This document shows, one piece after another, positions 50,534 through 59,445 of a stretch of 64,000 nt of DNA (the first letter of the stretch is position 1; every line of letters begins with the position of its first letter). The translations under genes and the position numbers were made by a program. The DNA is from Alphaproteobacteria bacterium. Lineage in GTDB: Bacteria; Pseudomonadota; Alphaproteobacteria; UBA7985. Below the pieces are notes generated by a model that saw nothing but the letters and a program-made list of their open reading frames with translations, was not told where the DNA came from and did no database searches. Location: assembly GCA_965658725.1 (NCBI GenBank), contig CBFHUI010000003.1:2891-66890 (forward strand), written 5' to 3'.

Positions 50534-51525
50534 TATTCGCGCTCCTTAACATAGGGCCGACCGACGGCTTTGGGCGCGCGTGCCGTGCCGACAAAACCAG
50601 CGAGGACGACGACCACGAGGATGTAGGGCAAGGCCTCGAAGAACTGGCTGGGGATCTGGGTCAGGATGCCTTCGGATGCGCCGTCCAAACGGTCTTTCAC
50701 CGCGAACAGGAAGCCGAAGAGCAGACAGCCCAGCATCGCCTGGAACGGGCGCCACTTGCCGAAGATCACCGCTGCCAGCGCCAGATAGCCCATGTCGGCA
50801 GACATGCCCGGCGTAAAGCTGGCGATGTTGGAGGTCGAGAGATACGCACCACCGATGCCACAGAGCGCCCCGGCAATGGTCACGGCGGCGTAGCGGTAAG
50901 CGGTCACGCTCGCCCCGGCGGTGTCAATCGCTTGAGGCTCCTCACCCACAAAGCGGAGGCGCAGGCCAAAGCGGGTCTGCATCAGCACAAACCACGTCCC
51001 GATGACCGCAATAAAGGCCAGCACAATCAGCCAACCGTGCAGCGACAGGATGTTCACCAGGACCCCGTTGTCCGCCAGACCAGGCGCGATATCGAGCCAG
51101 ACTTGCTTGGGGATCAGCCCCTGCAACCGCTCCCAGCCCGTCGAGTCTGGCCCGCCGAGGTTGGGTGTGTCGCCGCCCTTAGCGAACAGGGCGTGGCCGA
51201 CGGTCTTGGTCAGACCCACGGCGAGAAAGTTGATGGCAAGGCCAGAGATCACGTGATCCCCACGGAAGGTAATGGTCGCCAATCCATGCAGCCAACCAAA
51301 GACGATGCAGGCCCCCATCGCTGCCAGCATCCCTGCGAGGCCGAAGCCGACGTAGTGCGCGACTGTGGCGCTGACGAACGCGCCGATGAGCAGCTTGCCT
51401 TCCAAACCGATGTCAACGATCCCTGCGCGCTCGGAAAAGACCCCGGCCATCGCAGCAAAGATCAGGATCGGGGTAAAGCGCAGGGTAGACTGTGCCAGCG
51501 AGAGGAGAAGTTCGAGGAAATCCAT
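50533..51525 (-). CDS. nucleoside ABC transporter permease (BMP-associated)
   Basis: BPD_transp_2-type polytopic protein. Start overlaps the stop of the upstream permease. Confidence 0.85.
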   Translation of the reverse strand: MDFLELLLSLAQSTLRFTPILIFAAMAGVFSERAGIVDIGLEGKLLIGAFVSATVAHYVGFGLAGMLAAMGACIVFGWLHGLATITFRGDHVISGLAINFLAVGLTKTVGHALFAKGGDTPNLGGPDSTGWERLQGLIPKQVWLDIAPGLADNGVLVNILSLHGWLIVLAFIAVIGTWFVLMQTRFGLRLRFVGEEPQAIDTAGASVTAYRYAAVTIAGALCGIGGAYLSTSNIASFTPGMSADMGYLALAAVIFGKWRPFQAMLGCLLFGFLFAVKDRLDGASEGILTQIPSQFFEALPYILVVVVLAGFVGTARAPKAVGRPYVKERE

Positions 51526-52823
51526 CAGGCGCGCTCCTCACCGATCTCTTCTTTGACGAAACCCCAGCCGCCCAGAACGCGGTTGGCAAACCACTGCACG
51601 GCCCAAACAACCATGAGGTACAGCGCTCCGGTGAACAGCACGACCAGACCCTGAAGCGCAACTACGATTTCTTTGTCGATGTCGAGCTTGGGCCGGATGA
51701 ACTGGCCCTTGAGCTGGATCACTTCACCCCACTGGAACAGCGAGCCAAACAGCAGCGCGGCGAGGATGATGCCAAAGGGATGGTTCCGCCCCATGAGAGC
51801 AACCGCGATGCCGACGAAGCCCAGACCAACCAGCCCGGTTTCCCGCAGCACGTGCTCCGAGTCAGAGCCGTTGCCCAGAATGATGTTCGTCGTCGCCAGC
51901 CCCGCCAGTGCGCCGGAGATGCACACCGTCATCACCATGGTCCGCGGGACGTTCACCCCGCCGTAGCGCGCGGCGGTCTGGTTGAAGCCGATTGCGCGGA
52001 TGGCATAGCCCCACTTGGTCCGCCAGACGAAGAACCAGAAACCCACTGCAAGCAGCAGAGCAAAGAGGAAGGAGACGTTTGCCGCGCTGTTTTTCATGGA
52101 GCGCGCCAGTGCACGTTGGGCCCAGAACTCGGCATGCTCCGCCTTGATGTCTTTGACCTTCAGCCCGGCGTCCTTGAGTTCCTGATACTTGGCTTCGAGC
52201 CCAACCAACTGGATCTGGTAGAAATCGCCTAATTTCCACAGCCACCAGTTCTCCGGGAACAGGGGAGATTTCGGATCGCCTGGCGTTTCCGGGTTTTGGA
52301 ACCAGCCGGTGAGCAGGAACAGCACCAGCGAAAAGGCAATGGCGTTGAACATGATGGTCGTGATCACAAGGTGGGAACCGCGATAGGCTTGCAAGTACCC
52401 CGGTATCGCCGCCCAAGCAGCGCCGCCCAGTGCGGCGAAGAGGAATAGGATCGGTACGGCCAGAAAGCCTGGCAGCAAAAGCCCGACCCCGCCGGTAAAG
52501 TGCCCCATCATGAGCAGGGCTATGCCGGTCATGGCCATTCCGCCCGCCAGACCCTGACCTTCGCCGCCAATGTTAAACAGCCCAGCATGAAAGGCCAGAG
52601 CAACGGCCATGCCGGTAAACATCAGCGTGGTCGCGTAGTAGATCGACTGCCCGATGCCCACGGGGCTCAGCAGAACGTCAGTGATGTAGAGCTGGACAGC
52701 CTGCACTGGATTTTGGCCGATCATGACGATGAGTAAGCCCGCCACAGCAAAGGCAAGAATCAACTGCAACAGCGGCACAACACCGTAGTTGATCGCGGGA
52801 TGAAGTTCGCGTGACTGGCTCAT
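51525..52823 (-). CDS. nucleoside ABC transporter permease (BMP-associated)
   Basis: BPD_transp_2-type protein with a large periplasmic insertion. 432 aa. Confidence 0.85.
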   Translation of the reverse strand: MSQSRELHPAINYGVVPLLQLILAFAVAGLLIVMIGQNPVQAVQLYITDVLLSPVGIGQSIYYATTLMFTGMAVALAFHAGLFNIGGEGQGLAGGMAMTGIALLMMGHFTGGVGLLLPGFLAVPILFLFAALGGAAWAAIPGYLQAYRGSHLVITTIMFNAIAFSLVLFLLTGWFQNPETPGDPKSPLFPENWWLWKLGDFYQIQLVGLEAKYQELKDAGLKVKDIKAEHAEFWAQRALARSMKNSAANVSFLFALLLAVGFWFFVWRTKWGYAIRAIGFNQTAARYGGVNVPRTMVMTVCISGALAGLATTNIILGNGSDSEHVLRETGLVGLGFVGIAVALMGRNHPFGIILAALLFGSLFQWGEVIQLKGQFIRPKLDIDKEIVVALQGLVVLFTGALYLMVVWAVQWFANRVLGGWGFVKEEIGEERA

Positions 52824-54403
52824 GCTGCCATCCCTTCACTGGTTACGCGTTCGAACTCACCGGCCATGAGCAGGCCCAGACTGCGCTCGTCGGTCTCGGC
52901 GGTGACGTGATCAGGGGAGCAGAAGCCGTCAAACATGGCGACCACGCGGTCGGACAAGCTCAGCACTTCTTCGAGTTCCACGCTGACCAACAGGATTGCT
53001 GCCCCGGCGTCTCGCATGGCGATGATTTGCTTGTGAATGAACTCAATCGCACCGATGTCCACCCCGCGTGTCGGCTGGCCGACCAGCAGCACGTCCGGTG
53101 CTTTATCGATTTCGCGGGCGAGGACGATTTTCTGCTGGTTACCGCCGGAGAACTTCGCCGTTGCGAGCAACGGGTTCGGCGGGCGGACGTCGAATTTAGT
53201 CATCAGGTCGCCCATGGACTGCTTGATAAAGCCAGTCTTCATCGCCCCGCCATTGCAGTAAAGCGCGGTCGCTTGGAAGCCCAGAATCCCCGACTCCCAT
53301 GCCGGAAACGCGGTCACAAGGCCCATGTGCTGGCGGTCTTCGGGGACGTGCCCGATGGACTGCCCACGCACCTGATCAGGTGTTTTGGCCAACGGTTCGC
53401 CGTGAATGGTGACGGTGCCTGCGGAGGGCAGGTGCATGCCGGAGAGGACTTCGAGCAAGTAGGCTTGCCCGTTGCCCGAAACCCCGGCGACCCCAAGGAT
53501 TTCGCCGGAGCGCACGTCAAAAGAAACGTTGGAAAGTCGCTGAATTCCCCGCTCATCGACATAATCCAGCCCCTTGATCGACAGCGCCACTTCTTTGGGT
53601 TGGGCCGGAGCCTTATCGACTTCGAGCAGCACTTTCCGGCCAACCATCAACTCGGCGAGCTCCTCGGGTGAGGTCTGCGCGGTCTCGCGATGGCCCACCA
53701 TTTCCCCGCGCCGGATCACGGAAACGCGGTCTGTCACGTCCATGATCTCGTGCAGTTTGTGCGTGATCAGCAGAATGGTCGTCCCCTGCTCCTTGAGCGA
53801 ACGCAAGATATCGAACAGTGCATCGGCCTCTTGCGGAGTCAGCACCCCGGTAGGCTCATCAAGGATCAGGACTTTAGCGCCACGGTACAGGGCTTTGAGG
53901 ATCTCGACACGCTGCTGCACGCCCACGGGCAGGGTGCCGATCAAGGCGTCTGGATCAACGCTCAAACCATAGCGTTCGGAAAGCTGCAGCAGGGACTCGC
54001 GCGCCTTGTTCATCGCACCGCCCAGCATGAAGCCGCCTTCCGCGCCCAGAATGATGTTTTCCAGCACCGTGAAGGGTTCACCGAGCATGAAGTGCTGGTG
54101 CACCATTCCGATCCCGGCTTCGATGGCTTTCTGAGAAGAGTTGAATTCCAGCGGACTACCGAAGACGTTAATCGATCCTTCGTCGGGGACGTAGAAGCCG
54201 TACAGAATGGACATCAGCGTGGATTTCCCCGCGCCATTCTCCCCCACAATCCCGTGGATCGTCCCGGCTTCAACGGCCAGATCAATGTCTTTGTTAGCCT
54301 GAACAGGTCCGAAAGACTTCGAGATGCTGTTCAGTTCAATTGCATAGTTTGTCATGCGTCTATTTAGCTCAAAAAAACGTACGCGGGGTAGGGGATAACC
54401 CAC
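52820..54403 (-). CDS. nucleoside/sugar ABC transporter ATP-binding protein (tandem ABC domains)
   Basis: Two ABC domains (GENGAGKST and LSGGNQQK). About 510 aa. Start overlaps the downstream permease (ATGA-type overlap). Confidence 0.9.
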   Translation of the reverse strand: MGYPLPRVRFFELNRRMTNYAIELNSISKSFGPVQANKDIDLAVEAGTIHGIVGENGAGKSTLMSILYGFYVPDEGSINVFGSPLEFNSSQKAIEAGIGMVHQHFMLGEPFTVLENIILGAEGGFMLGGAMNKARESLLQLSERYGLSVDPDALIGTLPVGVQQRVEILKALYRGAKVLILDEPTGVLTPQEADALFDILRSLKEQGTTILLITHKLHEIMDVTDRVSVIRRGEMVGHRETAQTSPEELAELMVGRKVLLEVDKAPAQPKEVALSIKGLDYVDERGIQRLSNVSFDVRSGEILGVAGVSGNGQAYLLEVLSGMHLPSAGTVTIHGEPLAKTPDQVRGQSIGHVPEDRQHMGLVTAFPAWESGILGFQATALYCNGGAMKTGFIKQSMGDLMTKFDVRPPNPLLATAKFSGGNQQKIVLAREIDKAPDVLLVGQPTRGVDIGAIEFIHKQIIAMRDAGAAILLVSVELEEVLSLSDRVVAMFDGFCSPDHVTAETDERSLGLLMAGEFERVTSEGMAA

Positions 54404-54635
54404 CCAAGTTGCGCACCGGGTAATTTTGCAGTGGCCAGACAGGTGCAGGGCCGAATGGCCTTTGTGCTAGGCATCCAAACCGGTCCTTGGTTGGGCCACC
54501 GTTTTTCGAGCGGAATTCGACACGAAAACAGAAGAAAACGCGACACCCAACTGAGGCTTTAGCCGGAAATTCTGGGACTAAAGCCGGCGAAGGTGTGGAT
54601 TCGAGGGATTTCGGTCGGACTGCTGCGACTTTGGC

Positions 54636-54676
54636 GCAAAGAAAATGCCGCTGCCCGAGTGGAGCAGCGGCATTTA
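54636..54676 (-). terminator. rho-independent terminator after the BMP gene (minus strand)
   Basis: ATGCCGCTGC-ccgagtgga-GCAGCGGCAT hairpin. The minus strand has a U-rich run (ttttctttg) after the stem. Confidence 0.55.
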
Positions 54677-54736
54677 AACGGAAGTGCCAAAGTAAGAGCC
54701 TGCCGCGAGAAGCAGCAGGCCCGAACGGTCTTTGGC

Positions 54737-55759
54737 TTAGTTCACGCAAGAACCTTCGAAGGAGAAGCCTTCGTCGGTGAAGTTCTGCACGACCAGGTCG
54801 CCAGCGATGATCGCGGCTTCGAAGCCAGCGAGCGAGGACATCATGTCTGCGGAAACCAGATCAGCGTTGTACTCGTCCATTGCTGCGCCAACGCCAGCCT
54901 CAGCGAGGCCAAGGTCGAATACGCCCGGCTCGAACTCTTCGTTCATTGCGGTCATGAACGTGTCGAAGACAGCGTTATCAACGCGCTTAACCATCGAAGA
55001 CAGCATCACGCCCGGGTGCAGGTAGTTCTGGTTTGCGTCTACACCGATGGCGTACTGACCGGAGTCAGCCGCTGCCTGGTATACGCCAACGCCGGTACCA
55101 CCAGCAGCCGCGAAGACAACGTCAGAGCCTTGGTCAAACTGAGCACGCGCCAGTTCCGCACCGCGGGTTGGGTTGCCCCAAGCAGCTGGCGTGGTGCCGG
55201 TCATGTTCACGATGACAGTCGCATCCGGGTTCACAGCGCGGACGCCCTGCTCGTAACCACAGGCGAAGCGACGGATCAGTGGAATGTCCATACCGCCGAC
55301 GAAGGAAACCACACCGGACTCAGACGCCATTGCCGCCAGAGCGCCAACGAGGAACGAACCTTCGTGCTCTTTGTAGGTGTACTGGCGCAGGTTGTCCCCG
55401 CCGAGCCAGCCCACGTCAACGATACCAAAGTTGGTGTCTGGGAATTCTGCAGCCACGACAGCCATAGCGTCAGCCTGTGCAAAGCCCATTACGACAATTG
55501 GGTTTGCGCCAAGCTCAGCCATCTGACGCAGAGCGCCTTCACGCTGAGACGGGTCGGTGATTTCGAACTCAAGGTATTCAACGCCGGTTTCTGCTTTGAA
55601 ACGCTCAGCGCCGTTGTAAGCGCTCTCGTTGAATGATTTGTCGAACTTACCGCCCATATCGAAGATTACAGCAGGCATAAAGTCGGCTGCTGCAGTGCCG
55701 GCAACAGTCATTGCTGCTACGGCCATCGCCAAAATACGTTTCACGGATCTATCCCTCAA
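54737..55759 (-). CDS. BMP-family (basic membrane protein/PnrA-like) nucleoside-binding periplasmic protein
   Basis: Signal peptide, then the family N-terminus FMPAVIFDMGGKFDKSFNESAYNGAERFKAE. Confidence 0.85.
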   Translation of the reverse strand: MRDRSVKRILAMAVAAMTVAGTAAADFMPAVIFDMGGKFDKSFNESAYNGAERFKAETGVEYLEFEITDPSQREGALRQMAELGANPIVVMGFAQADAMAVVAAEFPDTNFGIVDVGWLGGDNLRQYTYKEHEGSFLVGALAAMASESGVVSFVGGMDIPLIRRFACGYEQGVRAVNPDATVIVNMTGTTPAAWGNPTRGAELARAQFDQGSDVVFAAAGGTGVGVYQAAADSGQYAIGVDANQNYLHPGVMLSSMVKRVDNAVFDTFMTAMNEEFEPGVFDLGLAEAGVGAAMDEYNADLVSADMMSSLAGFEAAIIAGDLVVQNFTDEGFSFEGSCVN

Positions 55760-55932
55760 AGGTGTTGAGACAATTGTTTTTTCTGCTCGGCATGATCATT
55801 TACTGCCTGCCGATGCCCTATGTGTACCATGATCGGCGGGGAAAAACAGGCTGATGCACGCCTTTTGGAAACACCGTGACTGCGATTGGCTGGCAAGTTA
55901 TCCCCTGATTTAAAGCTAAAGGTTGAATATCC

Positions 55933-56358
55933 ATGGCAAACCGACCCTCGATTTCAGACATTCAGGCGGAGCTGATCGACGACTTTTCCTTCTTCGACGA
56001 CTGGATGGACCGCTACCGCTACATCATCCAGATGGGCGACGCGCTCCCGATGCTGACGGATGAGGAGATGGTGGAAGATCATCTGCTGAAGGGCTGCCAA
56101 AGTCAGGTTTGGCTGCTGCGATCCAGCGATGATTCTGGGCGAATACACCTACGGGGAACCTCTGACGCAGCGATTGTGCGGGGATTGGTCGCACTCATGC
56201 TCAAGGTCTACGACGGCCAACCGGCACAGGATATCGTGGACCATCCGCCGCACTTTATCGGGGAAATCGGTCTCGATGATCACCTCAGCCCAACCCGCAA
56301 AAATGGGCTCGCCTCTATGGTTTCGGCCATTCAGGAAGCGGCGCGGGAGGAGTTGTAG
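55933..56358 (+). CDS. sufE: SufE-family sulfur acceptor
   Basis: LKGCQSQVWL active-site Cys motif. 141 aa. Confidence 0.8.
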   Translation: MANRPSISDIQAELIDDFSFFDDWMDRYRYIIQMGDALPMLTDEEMVEDHLLKGCQSQVWLLRSSDDSGRIHLRGTSDAAIVRGLVALMLKVYDGQPAQDIVDHPPHFIGEIGLDDHLSPTRKNGLASMVSAIQEAAREEL

Positions 56359-56459
56359 GTAAAAATTAGAAAAGCGCTTGGCGTTTTTCGCGCTTCTGCT
56401 CAGAGCCAAGGCGTTTTAGAAGGCTCCCAGTATTCACATCCAAACCTCCGAGACTGTCC

Positions 56460-57143
56460 ATGACTTCGATCACAAGCGCCACCGATTCTGGCTTCGATGC
56501 CCGCCGCAGTAACATGGTGGAATCTCAGATCCGCGCCAACAAAGTCACCGATGAAGCCGTTATCGACGCCATCGAGGCTGTCGCGCGGGAGCACTTTGTG
56601 CCCGAGGATTTGCGCGGCATTGCCTACGTTGACGACGACATTGCGCTCGACGGCGGTCGCTGCGTCATGGAACCGCGGGTACTGGCCCGGATGATTCAGG
56701 CTCTGCAGCCAGACCAGAATGCACACGCTTTGGTCGTCGGTGCAGGTTCGGGCTACGCAACGGCTGTTTTGGCGCGTGTTGCCCAGACGGTAGTGGCAGA
56801 GGAAAGCATCGATGCACTGGCCACAGCAGCGGGAACAGTGATCGAAGAAATGGGTATCACCAACGTGGTGATCGAGCAGGGTGCGCTGATGAATGCAGCG
56901 GCTGAGCATGGACCGTTTGACGTCATTCTGTTCGGTGGTTCGGTTGCGCAAGTCCCGGCCAATTTGGTCGACTTCCTAGAAGACGGTGGCCGCGCTATCG
57001 CAGTTGTTGCGTCTCAAACTGAGGGCTTCGGCGCTGCGACTCTGTTTACGAAATTCGGCGGCCATCTGGGCGAAGTTTCGGTCTTCGACGCCGCCATTCC
57101 GGCCTTGCCTGAGTTCAACGTCCCAAAGAGCTTCAGCTTCTAA
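56460..57143 (+). CDS. pcm: protein-L-isoaspartate O-methyltransferase
   Basis: ALVVGAGSGYATAVLA SAM-binding motif I and PIMT-family length. Confidence 0.9.
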   Translation: MTSITSATDSGFDARRSNMVESQIRANKVTDEAVIDAIEAVAREHFVPEDLRGIAYVDDDIALDGGRCVMEPRVLARMIQALQPDQNAHALVVGAGSGYATAVLARVAQTVVAEESIDALATAAGTVIEEMGITNVVIEQGALMNAAAEHGPFDVILFGGSVAQVPANLVDFLEDGGRAIAVVASQTEGFGAATLFTKFGGHLGEVSVFDAAIPALPEFNVPKSFSF

Positions 57144-57169
57144 ACCAACGATCGAACCCGCACGACAAA

Positions 57170-57196
57170 TTCGCAATTAAATTGCGTGTTTTTTGA
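57170..57196 (+). terminator. rho-independent terminator after pcm
   Basis: CGCAATTaAATTGCG hairpin followed by TGTTTTTTG. Confidence 0.5.
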
Positions 57197-57272
57197 GGGT
57201 TTTCCTTCTCTTCCTGCAATTTCCCCGCTATATACGTCGCATAATAAAAAGCAAAATGCTGGGGACCGAGCG

Positions 57273-58655
57273 ATGGTGCGACTTGCACCCATGCTGCGAC
57301 GTGCGTGCGCGGCGAGCGTGATACTTGTTGGAATGATTGCAGTGACCTCGCGGGCCGCTCAGGCGGATACGCTCCAGCAGGCATTGGCTAAGCTATACAC
57401 CGATAGCCCAGACCTCATGGCCGCTCGATACGTCGCCGAAACCACCAACGAAGTCTTCAATCAGGTGGCAGCAAACGCACTACCGCAGGTATCGACGTCT
57501 TGGAATGCCAACTACGGCCGGACGTACACCGAAATCCTCCGCGATCAGGGCGACTTTACCATCGATGGCGGATTACAAGCTGGCGTGTCGCTGACCCAGA
57601 CCATTTCGCCCGTGCTCTCGGGCGGGGTCACGCAGACCCGGAAGTCGGTCGAGGCAGGGTGGGTCAACTACGACCAGAGCGAACAGCAAATTATTCTCAG
57701 CGGCATTCGCGCTTATCTGGGTGTGATCCAGGCGCAATCGGCGATTTCGCTGCAGGCGGGTAACATCACTTTGCTCGAAAGCCAGCTCAATGCCGCGCAG
57801 TCGCGCTATGACGCTGGCACCGGAACGCGCACAGATGTTGCGCAAGTGAGCGCCTCGCTCGCCGATGCTCAAGCGGGTGTACAGCAGGCGCGCGGTAACC
57901 TCGCCATTGCCCAGGCAACGTACGCGCAGGTCTTTGGCTCGCGTCCGCAAAGCCTCATCTTCCCGCCGCTGCCAGCCGGGTTGCCCCGGACCCTGAACGA
58001 GGCCCGGGCCGCAGCGATGAAGGGCAATCCGTCCATCAAAGCCGCTTTGGTCGCGCTGCAGGAAGCCGAAGCGAAGAAAAAGGTAACGGAGGCTGAACTC
58101 AAGCCGACCTACCGCATCGGTCTAGACGCCACGCGAAGCCAGAACGTCATTGACGGCGGCGGCGCGACGAGTTTCTCGTCATCCATCGGCGTGAGCCTTC
58201 CGCTTTACGGTGGCCGCCAGATTTCCAAATCGAAGATCCGCCAAGACGAAATCGCCGTGCATCGCCTGCGCCAGCAACTGGCTTCCGCACAGGCCTTGGT
58301 CGAGCAAGAAGTCGTACAGGCTTGGAACCAATTCCAGACAGCACAGGCCGTCGGTGCCGCCCGAGCGGCGCAAATTCAGGCCGCTGAGCTGTCCCTGCGC
58401 GGCTCCGAAGCAGAAGTTGGCGCCGGGACAAAGACCAACAACGATGTCATTGCATCGCAGCAATCCCTGACATCCGCCCAAGTCTCAGCCAACAATGCCC
58501 GAGTCGATGTGGTTCAAGGCGCATATAATTTGGTTGCAGCCATGGGACGGCTCTCGGCGCGCGATTTGGCCCTGCCAGTGCGCTATTATGAGCCGGAACG
58601 CGAGTTTGAGAATCGCAGAATCGAGAATTTGGCGACTCTTCTTTACGACCGCTAG
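57273..58655 (+). CDS. tolC: TolC-family outer membrane efflux protein
   Basis: Signal peptide, then two OEP repeats with typical heptad/coiled-coil regions. About 460 aa. Confidence 0.85.
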   Translation: MVRLAPMLRRACAASVILVGMIAVTSRAAQADTLQQALAKLYTDSPDLMAARYVAETTNEVFNQVAANALPQVSTSWNANYGRTYTEILRDQGDFTIDGGLQAGVSLTQTISPVLSGGVTQTRKSVEAGWVNYDQSEQQIILSGIRAYLGVIQAQSAISLQAGNITLLESQLNAAQSRYDAGTGTRTDVAQVSASLADAQAGVQQARGNLAIAQATYAQVFGSRPQSLIFPPLPAGLPRTLNEARAAAMKGNPSIKAALVALQEAEAKKKVTEAELKPTYRIGLDATRSQNVIDGGGATSFSSSIGVSLPLYGGRQISKSKIRQDEIAVHRLRQQLASAQALVEQEVVQAWNQFQTAQAVGAARAAQIQAAELSLRGSEAEVGAGTKTNNDVIASQQSLTSAQVSANNARVDVVQGAYNLVAAMGRLSARDLALPVRYYEPEREFENRRIENLATLLYDR

Positions 58656-58762
58656 GAAGCGCTTCATCTCCTGAAGTCGATTCGTTACCCTTTGACGGGT
58701 GACGCATAGGTTCATGAGTGAGGAACAGCGTGGACAAGGAAGCCGCTCGGCACGCTCTGACA

Positions 58763-59338
58763 ATGGATCAGGTTCTGATGTCGGTGAAGAAGACCTTCGC
58801 CGATGAGCCGACCCCTGCGCGTGTGCTTGCGACCAAGCGCAAGTCCGGCACCATGCCGCTGCCCGACAGCGTCCGTGCGCAGCAACGCCGGCTAAAGACC
58901 ATCCAGACCCGTCGCCGCGAACTGCCCGACCCGCCCGCCGCCCTGCTGGCACGTGGCGGGCAGGGGAGCCGCCCGCCTTTGCCTGAAGTGGTGCTGCGCC
59001 GCCGGGTGCAGGCTGAGGTGCCGGGATCGGTTGAGGTTAACGCCGTTCGGGAACGCGCCGCGACAGCGGCTGCCCGCGCCCGAGCGCACGTCGCTGGACA
59101 ATCGGGGTCCGAAGCCGTTGTGCCGGTGCTTGCCAAATCCCGCATTGAACCTGCTGCGCGGTGGGGGAACCGCCGCGCGCGTCAGGCTCAAGCCGTCACC
59201 GCTGGGCAAACCGTCTTTGGACCTATGCCGGAGACGATCCCGGCGGACGCAGACTGGGATTCGCTGAAGTCCGGCTTGCGGATGGTGCTCGATGAATGGG
59301 TCGAGCGGCAGAAGGCCGGCTCAACCGACGGCTCCTGA
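58763..59338 (+). CDS. DUF2497/PopZ-like protein
   Basis: N-terminal MDQVLMSVKKTFADE resembles the PopZ MEEILASIRRIISE motif. Pro/Arg-rich middle. The C-terminal LRMVLDEWVERQ resembles the DUF2497 helix. The tolC-popZ-valS order is common in alphaproteobacteria. The ORF track begins at GTG 58718. Confidence 0.5.
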   Translation: MDQVLMSVKKTFADEPTPARVLATKRKSGTMPLPDSVRAQQRRLKTIQTRRRELPDPPAALLARGGQGSRPPLPEVVLRRRVQAEVPGSVEVNAVRERAATAAARARAHVAGQSGSEAVVPVLAKSRIEPAARWGNRRARQAQAVTAGQTVFGPMPETIPADADWDSLKSGLRMVLDEWVERQKAGSTDGS

Positions 59339-59445
59339 ACCACCCGAGCTTCGCAGCTCTCCTACCTCGTTTACGAGGTTGAATCCGGCGCCTCTTCGTG
59401 GTGGCTTGAGCCGGTTATTTCCTCGCTGTTTCAAGACTGAAGATC

